DNA of 35,859 bases from the NCBI GenBank assembly GCA_000934665.2, contig KZ539033.1, forward strand, positions 1 through 35,859. The letters are read 5' to 3'. The position numbers and the translations under genes are program-made. Of this stretch, positions 15,906-25,739 are shown piece after piece. Each line of letters begins with the position of its first letter. The stretch's first letter is position 1. The notes under the pieces are model-generated. The model was not told the origin of the DNA, did no database searches, and saw only the letters and a list, made by a program, of their open reading frames with translations. The DNA is from Catajapyx aquilonaris. Lineage: Eukaryota.

Positions 15906-15980
15906 AGATGAAGTGGCGTTGCGGTAACGCCTGCGCCCACGGATATGAAGGTCCCGGGTTCAATCCCCACCCGGGGTTCC
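15906..15980 (+). pseudogene. tRNA-Arg(ACG)-derived pseudogene or SINE head
   Basis: A-box-like GTGGCGTTGCGG, D-stem GCGT/ACGC, ACG in the anticodon position followed by GA, variable loop AGGTC, B box GGTTCAATCCC; the anticodon and acceptor stems do not pair. Confidence 0.7.
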
Positions 15981-16353
15981 CACCTTTATCCGTCAAGGTC
16001 ATGTAGCAATAATGCCATCCACCTATGAACATATTTTTCATATTTTCCATATTTTCAGCAAATGAAAGTATTACACAGGCCCACTATTTATTAACAAATT
16101 CTTTTGCCTTTACCTGCAATGCCATGTAGCAATTGACGTGAATGCCGGACATATTTTTCCCATTTGTTTTTATTTTTCAAAATTATTGTGCATACACTAC
16201 ATTAATTGTGCTGACACTTTTTTAAATTTTTTTAAAGAGGTTTACATTGATTACAACAAGAGAATCCTGCGATGTGAGCCGAGGACATGACCTGGCGGCC
16301 ACCGGCGGTGCTTCCCAAGTATGTAAAGTGCAGGTGAAAAATTACTTTTGGCA

Positions 16354-16869
16354 TTAATTGCGTTGGACATAATTGCGATCCACTTCTTCGTCCACAATGG
16401 CCTTCCTGACTCGCATGTAGAACCACAGCCAGCATGCGGACAGCACTCCGACGGACGGACCCACCAGGCCCCCGATGCTCTCTCCCAGGAAATAGGTTCC
16501 GACCAAGTAGCCCAGGCACGTGAAGGAAACCAGGAGCATCAGGTAGCATATCTGGACGCACACTTTCTTCCCAGTGCAGGGCAGGAACCCGACATTGTGC
16601 AAGGCTCGGACTGGGACGTCCAGATCGTGGATGCAGATCCGGCCTCTTGGCACCATGAACTGCCTGGCGGCATCGTCCTGGAAAAAACATTGCCGATAAG
16701 TATACACCCGATCATTATCCAAACGTTGCACTCACATTCGCCATCAGCAGGGCTATAGTCTTCTGCAGGTCCGCGTTCTGACCAGGCTGCTTCATTGCGC
16801 CGAACCGTGCAATTAACCTGTCTGCGTGTTGCTTGCAGCAAGTTCTGGAGAGACAATGGACCTTATCGC
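16354..16869 (-). CDS. Uncharacterised small membrane protein with a C-terminal 2-TM glycine-zipper module; last exons 16736-16869 and 16354-16677, 5' exon(s) unresolved
   Basis: Acceptors TTCCCAG and TTTTCCAG plus donor GTGAGT give an open spliced frame DKVHCLSRTCCKQ…ALLMAN|DDAARQF…CYLMLLVSFTCLGYLVG…GGLVGPSVGVLSACWLWFY; clearly paralogous to 26363-26707. Confidence 0.7.
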
Positions 16870-17016
16870 CTGGGAAAGAATTTGCCTGTGGGTGAGCTTA
16901 TCAGACGTGGCTGGCTTGGAGGATGGAAATTCAGTGGCCTCTAGTTTTTATGACAGTGAGTCATACGTCAGGACAGATTCTTTTCCTTATTCGGGTTACA
17001 TCCCTTCTGCCATATA

Positions 17017-17143
17017 CAGGGGGACCCAAAAGTTATGGACGCATAGGTACTGATAACTATGTTGTTAGTTATGTCAGGATACCAGTTGTGAACCAACAAT
17101 ATAATAATGTTACCTATGTGTCCAGGACTTTTGGGTCACCCTG
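17017..17143. mobile_element. Tc1/mariner-type MITE
   Basis: TA|CAGGGGGACCCAAAAGTTATGGACGCATAGGTA … TACCTATGTGTCCAGGACTTTTGGGTCACCCTG|TG, ~33-bp TIRs. Confidence 0.75.
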
Positions 17144-17886
17144 TGTCGATAACGTTCTGCGAAAAGAGCTGCTGCAGTGTACAATTCTGCGCAGAAATGG
17201 TTCAAGGCTGCTTCCACTGAAAATGCTAGTCGCAACTGTGCAATTCTTGGTAATGAGCCGTAGACGTGGAAGATGTGTTGTTTGTTCCAGCCGACATCTC
17301 TCAGCGGTACTGGAGTATCATGCCTTGCATGCTTCACATTACTTGATTGCTCATGTCTCTAATTACACTGGAAATTCCAGCACGTTTTGTATGCAACAAC
17401 TGGATTTTGAAAGTTGGAATCATGCTGCCGAAAGTGCCAGGGTTTCGCTACTTTCATAAACATAAGTTCGTTTATGTTTATTATTATTATTATTATTTTC
17501 CCCAATCTATACTATATCCTTCATTGTTTGACCGACTCCTCTGATTGGTTCGACGAATATTTGTTACCGCGACACTTCCCATTGGCCCTCTCACACAACA
17601 ATACGAATGAACAGTGTCATATCGTCGAGCCTGTTCACTCGTATTGTTGCGGGAATTTCCATGGAAACTTTAAAAAAGTGTGGGAGGTTACAGGAATGCA
17701 TAGATGGGGGACGGGGTCATGGCAACGGGGGACAACAACTGCCTTATGTTGTTATGTACAACATATGCGGTAGAATCAGTTCACCAGATAGGCCCGAACC
17801 ATGTAGATTTCGGCTTACGCCTACTCCGAAGATACAGACAAGATATTTTACCAATAATAACAGCTTTTCCCAAATGAGCATGAGAT

Positions 17887-17992
17887 GAATTTGCTGAAAT
17901 CGTCGTACTTCGCGAGAAGTAAATTTTGGGAGATTTCCGCAAATAAGTATATTGTTTTATTTCTTGCAAAGTGCGACGATTTCAGCAAATTC
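17887..17992. mobile_element. Foldback / MITE remnant
   Basis: GAATTTGCTGAAATCGTCGTACTTCGCGAGAAGTAAA is inverted to TTTATTTCTTGCAAAGTGCGACGATTTCAGCAAATTC. Confidence 0.6.
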
Positions 17993-18192
17993 TTCTGGCA
18001 TGGTTCTCAAGGTTGTTATTCCGCATATTTTCACGCATTTCATAATTAAATCAGCCTAACAGTTGGTCCGGCAGTTACTCAAATTTAGAGTTTTAAAAAA
18101 AGTGGCCTGCTCTGACGTCACGGTCGACTCCGATTGGCTGGAGTAAAGTCCGTATGGAACCGTGCTGTGCCTGAAAGTAACGTTAACCGTGC

Positions 18193-18412
18193 CGTGGGGT
18201 CTTTTAGGACCCCATCCATAATTTTATTAATTTTTATATAATACTTTTCAATGTATTGGCTAAATGCAAACATTCTTTGAACAATGCCTAAAGTGATCGC
18301 TAATTCAAACTAAACATGCACTTCCTTTTATATACTTTTTTTTATATAAAAAAATGGCAACAGTTCATTGTAATTATAATTTTAATTCCGTTTGGGGTCC
18401 TAAAAGACCCCA
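18193..18412. mobile_element. MITE-like element with inverted ends
   Basis: TGGGGTCTTTTAGGACCCCA … TGGGGTCCTAAAAGACCCCA around an AT-rich interior; TTAACC just upstream hints at piggyBac type. Confidence 0.5.
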
Positions 18413-18740
18413 TGTGGAGAAAGAGGAATATAATTACACCAAAATAAAGCCTGTTTTATTCCCTATTTAACGCCTGTGTCTCCGCCAGGCTGGGAATTTG
18501 GCGCTGCCGGCGCTACATAGTTAGCTATCCGCCATCTTTTTCAAGGTGCACTATAAAGGAAATCCAGCCAATCGCGTATCGCACCAGTGGCGCCGCCAGT
18601 GGACGACTGCAGCGCCACGTGGCAGTCGTGCTGCTACCGGAAGCCAGACCGGAAGCTCCTCATCTCCCCTCTCCTCGTGAGACGCTACCCGTTCGTCTGT
18701 GGTCTGGTTGTTCGAATCTGCGTCCATCCCTGTCTTTCCG

Positions 18741-21700
18741 ATGGCTTCAGGAGAAAACGAAGAGCCCAAGGTGGGTGACCTGGTGTGGGCCAAGGTGATG
18801 TGGCACCCGGTCTGGCCCGCCATCGTACTGGACCACCCTTTGAGGGAGATGAAGGAGACGAAGAGGAGTGACCGGTACATGTTGGTTTACTTCTTTGGGA
18901 GTGTGATGCACGGATGGCCACTCAGGTCAAAGGTAGAGTGTTACCGTGAGGGCCAGGTCAGGGGTCCACCAGAGGCCAACAGCGCCTTACAGGCTTACCA
19001 GGAGAGGAAGACGTGTGCACCATACGACCGGGAGTTGCTGGTGGAATTGCTGAAGGAGGCTGAGAAGGCTGCTGCGGAGAAGAAGGCTGCGGATGTGGTC
19101 AGTGCTTATTATCATTTGTATAATAAAATTGTGACATACATAATGCTTGCCTCACCCTGCTCGTAATTAACTTAATGTTGACTGTCTGTTCAGGCGAAGA
19201 AGCCTGTCGAAAAGAAGCCGACAAGCAGCTTGCGTACACCCACCAGAGCTGCCTCAACATCCACCCAGCCCACCAAGAGGAAGCGCCAGTCCGCCTCTGC
19301 CCAGGAGACCCAGTATCAGAAACGCCGGTACAGTTCTAGACGTTCAGCCATGGAGAATACCCAGCCCACCAAGAGGAAGCGCCAGTCCGCCTCGGCCCAG
19401 GAGACCCAGAATCAGAAACGCCGGTACAGTTCTAGACGTTCAGCCATGGAGAACACCCATCCGGAGAGTACTGGTAAATCTGCGGATAACCGCCAGGGTG
19501 AGACTCCCCGTGATGTCCCAGACCATGTGGAGACGCTGACCATCAGTGTCGCTGAGAAAAATGTAGTGCAGGTGACTATGCATTCGTATCTTCTTGCATG
19601 TCTGCAGGCCCACAAATGGACCCAATAACATGTCCCTAGCCTCTTACAAGTTGCAATATTGTTACAAATATGTCCACTTTAATGTCACAGCATGAGTAAA
19701 TGGGGTCTTACTTTGAGATACACAGGAGCCGATTATGCAGTAGTTTTGCATTGAGTGAGAGTCCCCCCCTCCCNNNNNNNNNNNNNNGTGTCTTACCATA
19801 ATAAAGTAGAGAGTTTGTATGTCCGGGGCTACCTAGACCCACTTTCGGACTACAGAGGACCTTACATAACAGAGCAGAGTTTGTTTGTATGTCCGGGGCT
19901 ACCTAAACCCACTTTTGGACTGCAAAGAATGCTGCAACTTGGCATGCCTGTAACTTTATGTAACTCTGGGGAGAAATGTGAGAAATTATAAAATACCACA
20001 ATAATTATTTTCATGATTTCATCACATGTACAGTATGAAGCAGACGTCTTATTTGTATACAATTTTTCCAACCAGTCCGTTGCATAATTATGCGTCAATG
20101 ATGCGAGGGTTGATCAAATGAATATGTAAAAAGTGAGATAAAGTATTATCCGTGGGCTGCTTTGGATGAATTTGGGCAGGCATAATTTTGTGTACATACT
20201 CATAACGGAATGAAATTTTTTTCTCGCTGATGATGTCGGGTTCAGGGTAAGTACTGTTGGTACATGTCAACCCAACCTCGTCTCACTCCTTCATGATCTG
20301 TCTCTCGGATCTTGCTTGTCAATAATGCTCAAGCTGGCCGCAATTGCAAACTGTCGTCCTGCCAGCGAGTAACTTACATTGACCATTTGTTCCGGGGAAG
20401 AAGCACCACCCAGAGAAGGCCCTAGAAGAAGGGGCAGCCGTGGACCATGATGCGACTGGCCCCCTTATTGATGGCCATGACTCCAATGTGGACACTGCTC
20501 CACAGCATGTCTCTGTGGATGCGGAGGACGTGACATTGACCCTCCAAGACGACAATGAGCAGGTGACAATGCATGTGTGTGTTTCTTCTTGTATGCCCAC
20601 AGGCCCACAAATGGACCCAAAAATGTCTCTAGCCTGCCAATTAACAGCTCCATATTGGATTTCCATCATTGACAGTCATGTCACAGCATAAATTAAAGCC
20701 AATGAAGCGTGATAGGAATGATAATTTTGAATGTTCCAGGTTAGGCTTTCAGTTGCGGTTTCCACATAGGGGGATTGCGACAATACATTTTGTTCGTGAT
20801 AGGATCATGGTTCAGCTGGAAAAAAACAACATGATGATTGTAATGGCGAGATTGTAAGCGTATTCAGGGGGAACAGCTTGAGTTCGACCACCCATTGCAT
20901 ACCCATTGTTTTCTTGCTTGCAGAAGTGCATTGTCAAATTTGGCCAATTGTTTTGCTTGGTGGAACGTTATGCCTAGGTGATGAAATGCATTGGATTGGT
21001 TTCCCCCCATTAGCCCGCTAGACCCACGATTGGATTTCTGGGTGGTGGTGTGATAGCTGCTGGGATTGCTAAGACCATCGTCATGAAGTCAGGATGCCAG
21101 GTGGTCGTTTGGAGCTCCAACCCGAAGGAGTGCCAGGACCTTCTGAAGGCAGGGGCGAAGCAAGGGAAAACCCCTTCAGAGGTCGTGCAGGAAGCAGACA
21201 TCACCATCAGCTGCCTGGATAACCCTGATATTGTGAAGGAAATTTTGGATGGATGTGGCGGTGTCCTGCAGAGCATGACTAATGGAAAAGGATATGTTGA
21301 AATGTCCTGCATAAACGACCCCGAAGTGAGCCGTGAGAGAGCAACGGCCACTACGTCCAAGGGAGGCAGGTACCTGGAGGCACAAATCCAGGGGACCTGT
21401 GCACAGGCTGAGGAGGGAACTCTCTTCATCCTGGCTGCAGGGGACATGTCCTTGTTTCAAGACTGCCAGACCTGTTTCCAGGTAGGTTATTTTGTACTGT
21501 ACTTTGAAAAGTAAGGTGATAGTTAATGTTGATATCTGTTGGTCAAAATTGTGATTGACAAATGGTTGGCAACTGGCAAAGATTGGCCATCTAAGTTAAA
21601 TAATATTGCAGATCTCATTCGAATTAATATTCTAAACTTGAATTATCTGGAAAATGTGTATACGAGCAGTTTCATTTTAGCAATGACTCCAATTTTGGTT

Positions 21701-22202
21701 AGCAATTTAAAAAGAAACCCTTAAGCCTGGTGGTTTTGTCAACCGTTTTGAGTCGTGATCTCCAGTAAGGACAAAATGAAGTCTCAAGCTAAATAGTCAC
21801 ACATATGTATCCTCTATAAGGAAAAGGTCATTTGTCAATAGGAATGAGGCAAAGTTATGTCTGTTCCTCCAGGCCATAAGCAACGATGTCCACTATGTTG
21901 GCAAGGAAGGAACCGCAACCAAGATGCTGCTTGATCTGCGGAAATACAGAGCTGATGTGGTACGTGGTTCTGCTGAATGTTTGGTCCAGTTTGGCAACAA
22001 GGACCTAAGGCAGGAACAGGCATCCCTGATATTACAAAGCTATGCCGGAAGACTCATAGCGTCACTGGGAATCTCAATAGCCAAGTTTGCAGAGGCTATC
22101 GCCACGTGTGAAGACAGCCCTCCAGGTTGCCCTGGGGGGACGCTTGAAATTATCATCGACACGTTTAAGAATAAGGGCATTGAGAATGGCAAACCAGAGT
22201 GA
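18741..22202 (+). CDS. GLYR1: Divergent GLYR1/NP60-like protein (PWWP + basic linker + 3-hydroxyisobutyrate-dehydrogenase-like domain); exons 18741-19097, 19194-19571, 20401-20562, 21014-21481, 21873-22202
   Basis: PWWP: VGDLVWAKVMWHPVWPAIV…LVYFFGS. Dehydrogenase-like: IGFLGGGVIAAGI, GKTPSEVVQEADITISC, GKGYVEMS, GGRYLEAQIQG, LFILAAGDMSLFQDCQTCFQAI. All introns phase 0; ~564 aa. The exon-3 acceptor is less certain. Confidence 0.85.
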
Positions 22203-22254
22203 GACGTGTCAGCCATCTACACTGACGCATGCCGTTATTGTAGCAGAGGTCTGC

Positions 22255-22463
22255 AGCCGTGTTCACATAGGATCCATTCTAGTCTTGCCAGATCCAAAAT
22301 TGGATCAACTAGTCATCATCTTCCCTCCATTCACAAAATTCTATTGCAAGCCACGATCATGTCTTTGCCACAATGCCACATGCCTCTTGCATATGATTAG
22401 CCGACCAGAATGACAATGCGACCGGATCATCCGCTCTAGAATGCATCTCATGTGAACACGGCT
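22255..22463. mobile_element. PIF/Harbinger-like MITE
   Basis: AGCCGTGTTCACATAGGATCCATTCTAG … CTAGAATGCATCTCATGTGAACACGGCT terminal inverted repeats. Confidence 0.7.
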
Positions 22464-23026
22464 TTTAAAGTGTACTGTGTACTATGTTGGTTGATCCATA
22501 CATGCAGATTTACAGAGTGTTAGTTCACTCCACATTGTATGGCTTAGTTAGTCAATGCCAAATATTGGTAATCTAAAAAAAAAAAGAGCTCATAAACTGC
22601 TGAGTAATTGATTGCAGAGTGGGTAACCCTGGGAATTTTTCAGGTTAAAGGAAGGACACTGATTGTTATAGTGTAGTTTTTCCACCTAATAAACCAATCA
22701 AAGAGCACTTCCACGTATACATTCTTGCTCGATTCAAACACCTGTCAAAAAAAAAGTCTATTGCGTTGAATACACCTGATTATAATTCCAACTGGGATTC
22801 CACATGTGTGCCCAAGTTTTGCAGTTGGCCCAGAATAAATGAATATTCCAAGCACAATATTGTAGGAGCAAATTGGCTTCAATGGTGCAATGCGATTAAT
22901 CGGTCTGACTAGGAGTCACTTTTATTAAGAACAAGACCGTGTACAATGCACGTTCAACAATATCCCACAACAAAATTCCTCTTTGAGGTTACAACATCTC
23001 ATAACTTGAAACTTCCCCCACCCGAC

Positions 23027-25002
23027 TCATGATTCATCCTCCTTCAAGCTGGGAGACCTCTCATGCTCCTCAGTGACATTGGGTTCCTTCAGATCGTCCT
23101 CGTGCAGACTGGGTTCTTTGAGACTGGATTCATTCGAACTCAGACTCTCCTTCTCCAGCGGATCCTTCTGCTTCGTTTTCCCAACCGACTTCTTGGGGGC
23201 CAGAAGAACCTTCTTACTGTGCTTATTATCCCCATGTGGCTTCATGACGTCCGAGCCTTGGGCTGAGTTGGATCTAATCTCTCCCGTCATGTTTGGCTCG
23301 AACTCTCCCTGGTCGGTTCTTGTGGCCAGCATCAGCATGGGTGCAGGGATTGCCTTCTGGGTGGTGGCATTGGTCAGGCTGTACTCCGCCAGGGTCTTCT
23401 CGTCGTCCATCTCCATACCGTCCAGCCACAGCTGCTGGTCTGAAGGGGACACGTGCAAGGTGTCCTCAACCGCCCTCTTCATGTCTTTCACATGGGCCGT
23501 CTCCTGCGCCACTGTCACGATCGTGCTCTTCCTACGACGGATCATCACAAACACCTTCTCCTCCTGAAAATATTCATTACAATTGGGGGGGGTCTTAGCC
23601 TTTGTTTGGGATTTTGGAAACTTTTGGCAACACTTATTGGCCCACCAGCTGGCTAATACCAGAGCTGAGCAAGCTAACCGAAATTTTTTAGCTCAGCTAA
23701 CTTCCGCTAACAGCTAATTCGGTTTGTAAACCATGGGCGGCGCTAAATTGCTAATGACAAACAGCTAGAATGATTAGGGTGGTTTCCACTAACCTTTCTA
23801 GCTGTTAAGCATTAACGATTTGGTGATGTCCATGGTTTTTCTGAGAAAGTTAGGTGTTATCGAAAGTTAGCTGTGCCCACCTCTGGCTAATACCCTCTGC
23901 GCACTCCTGCCACTCTCAGGGCGGAAGTAGTACTACTCGCACGTTGGTGATGAGTCACTCAGCGGACAAAGTCCACCAGGGCGCTATACTACTTTCCCTG
24001 TTCAACTTACCGAGGCCAGCATATACTACATAAGAGGCGCAAACTTCCGTCGGCGCCTTTGATGTTCGCGTCTCTCTGTTTGGGGCCGTTTCCAAGGCTG
24101 GCGACCATTTTTAAGTGTGGGCAACGCCAACGAGGTATAAATAGGGTACAGGCAAAAATAGGGTCCGCCATCTTTGATGGTTTTGGCGGCCATGGCAACT
24201 ACACGGCAAGAACACGCGCGAATCAAATATGGCGGACCCTATTTTTGCCTGTACCCTATTTATACCTCGTTGGCGTTGCACACACTTCAAAATGGCCGCC
24301 AGCCTTGGCCACGCCCCAAACAGAGAGACTTGGAAATAGAATGTTGGCGCCTCTTATGTAGTAGCCCATATGCTCCTGCCGAGGCGATGAGTAAACTAGT
24401 TTATGATATGATTTGTACAAGAATTAGCTGAACCATACACATGTAAACAAGCATTTACAACACCAAAATTGTCATTCCTTGATAAATTATCGCGGGTTTA
24501 AAAGCCACTCAAATTGGCGGGGGGAAAGGGGGCGTGGCCTAAATGGCGCATTCGCACTCCTGCCTAACCACAGTGACGTCAGTAAGGACTTAAGCAGACC
24601 TGCTTTACTTGGGGGTCGTTTGATTCCGTTGGTACGGTCGCCAACAAAGCAAACAAACTGGCAAAGGAGCCCGGGTGCGTTCCTGTATCTGCACCGATCT
24701 GTTGGGCAACAGTGACGTCAGAGGGTAATACGAAACCGTACAATTAATATGATCTTAGATCAATCATAGCTCGAAAACTAATAAGTATTTCTTCAAACAA
24801 AAAAACACCAAAATTCATTTAAAAATCATGATTTTTTTCACATAAGTTTGCAAAAATGTAGGCTAGTAGGACCCCATTATTCAACCACAATAATATTAGT
24901 AACCAAGGTAACCTGCCATTCTTCGGAACTCACAGAATTTAAACCAACTACAAAAATAATGTACAGTTAATAACTGGGTTTGCATGTTGTTAGACTCACC
25001 AT
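23027..25002 (-). CDS. ELOB: Divergent Elongin-B-like protein with C-terminal extension; ATG-only coding exon 25000-25002, main exon 23027-23563
   Basis: KVFVMIRRRKSTI…QQLWLDGMEMDDEKTLAEY…PAPMLMLA…DVMKP resembles Elongin B (DVFLMIRRHKTTI…DDGKTLGEC…DVMKP). Acceptor TTTTCAG ends at 23564; AAAACATG|GTGAGT at 25000 fits the ATG|intron structure of EloB genes. Confidence 0.8.
23660..23885. mobile_element. hAT-type MITE with 8-bp target-site duplication
   Basis: TSD GCTAATAC at 23652-23659 and 23886-23893; TIRs CAGAGCTGAGCAAGCTAAC / GTTAGCTGTGCCCACCTCTG. Confidence 0.8.
24024..24363. mobile_element. Foldback MITE with long inverted arms
   Basis: Ends TACTACATAAGAGGCGC / GCGCCTCTTATGTAGTA; ~50-bp perfect inner IR GCAACGCCAACGAGGTATAAATAGGGTACAGGCAAAAATAGGGTCCGCCAT. 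Confidence 0.85.
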
Positions 25003-25739
25003 GTTTTCGCATATAAACAGTAGACAAGACTTTGCAAGTTGCACGAAGACTGATCAAACGCTTGTTCGATGATCCACTTCTGCCTCTCTGATGACAATCA
25101 ACAAGCTCAACAATGGAGAGTATGGTCGACCAGGCAACGTTTGTTGGCACCATGTAATTGCACATACATGCAAATGACGTACATGCCATACAATAAACGC
25201 ACTGAGCTTGTGTAAACTAAAACCGACAATCATGGCAGTTGCATTCTTACGTGCCCAATAGAGAAGGTCAAAGTTCGTGCTAGAGGATGTAACCTGAATA
25301 TTTCTACTATTCCATTGGATGTTTGTCCGACCTGATAGTACAGTACCGCTATCTCCCGCACGACCTGAGTGTGGCAGGAGTGTGCGGAGGGAGTATGCGC
25401 CATTTATGATTGAAGGATAGTACTACGTGGTAAATCGGTGGGTTATCTCAACATGATTTATAGGTTCTGCCAAATTTTGGGAACGGTTTCACTATACAGT
25501 GATTCAGAATTTGCTGCCAAAGGATATGACTCATTCGCAATATTATGGGCCACCTGCGACATTGTGTCCAAAGTTCAGCAGCCAGTATTCTTTCATGATA
25601 AGGATGACATCAGCTCTGGATTCATTGTCTCGCTGGATGCTGTGCAAGCAACACACAGTACAAGCCAAGGCTCCACTTTTATTTTCCTGACCCATTGACT
25701 TGCATGAATACACCACAAGGCAGATACACCCTGTAGGGA

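Noticed and set aside
15906..15980. Functional tRNA gene
   Set aside because: Acceptor, anticodon and T stems do not pair properly.
16830..16860. BC-box (LxxxC) in CLSRTCCKQH that might link the 2-TM protein to Elongin B/C
   Set aside because: Only a partial match; lacks the preceding S/T/P and the downstream hydrophobic residue.
17110..17337. ORF as 5' exon of the 2-TM gene
   Set aside because: Its end lies inside a Tc1-type MITE and I could not find a phase-compatible donor.
24007..24431. Overlapping ORFs with shared peptides (GGPYFCLYPIYTSLAL)
   Set aside because: Produced by the foldback MITE arms.
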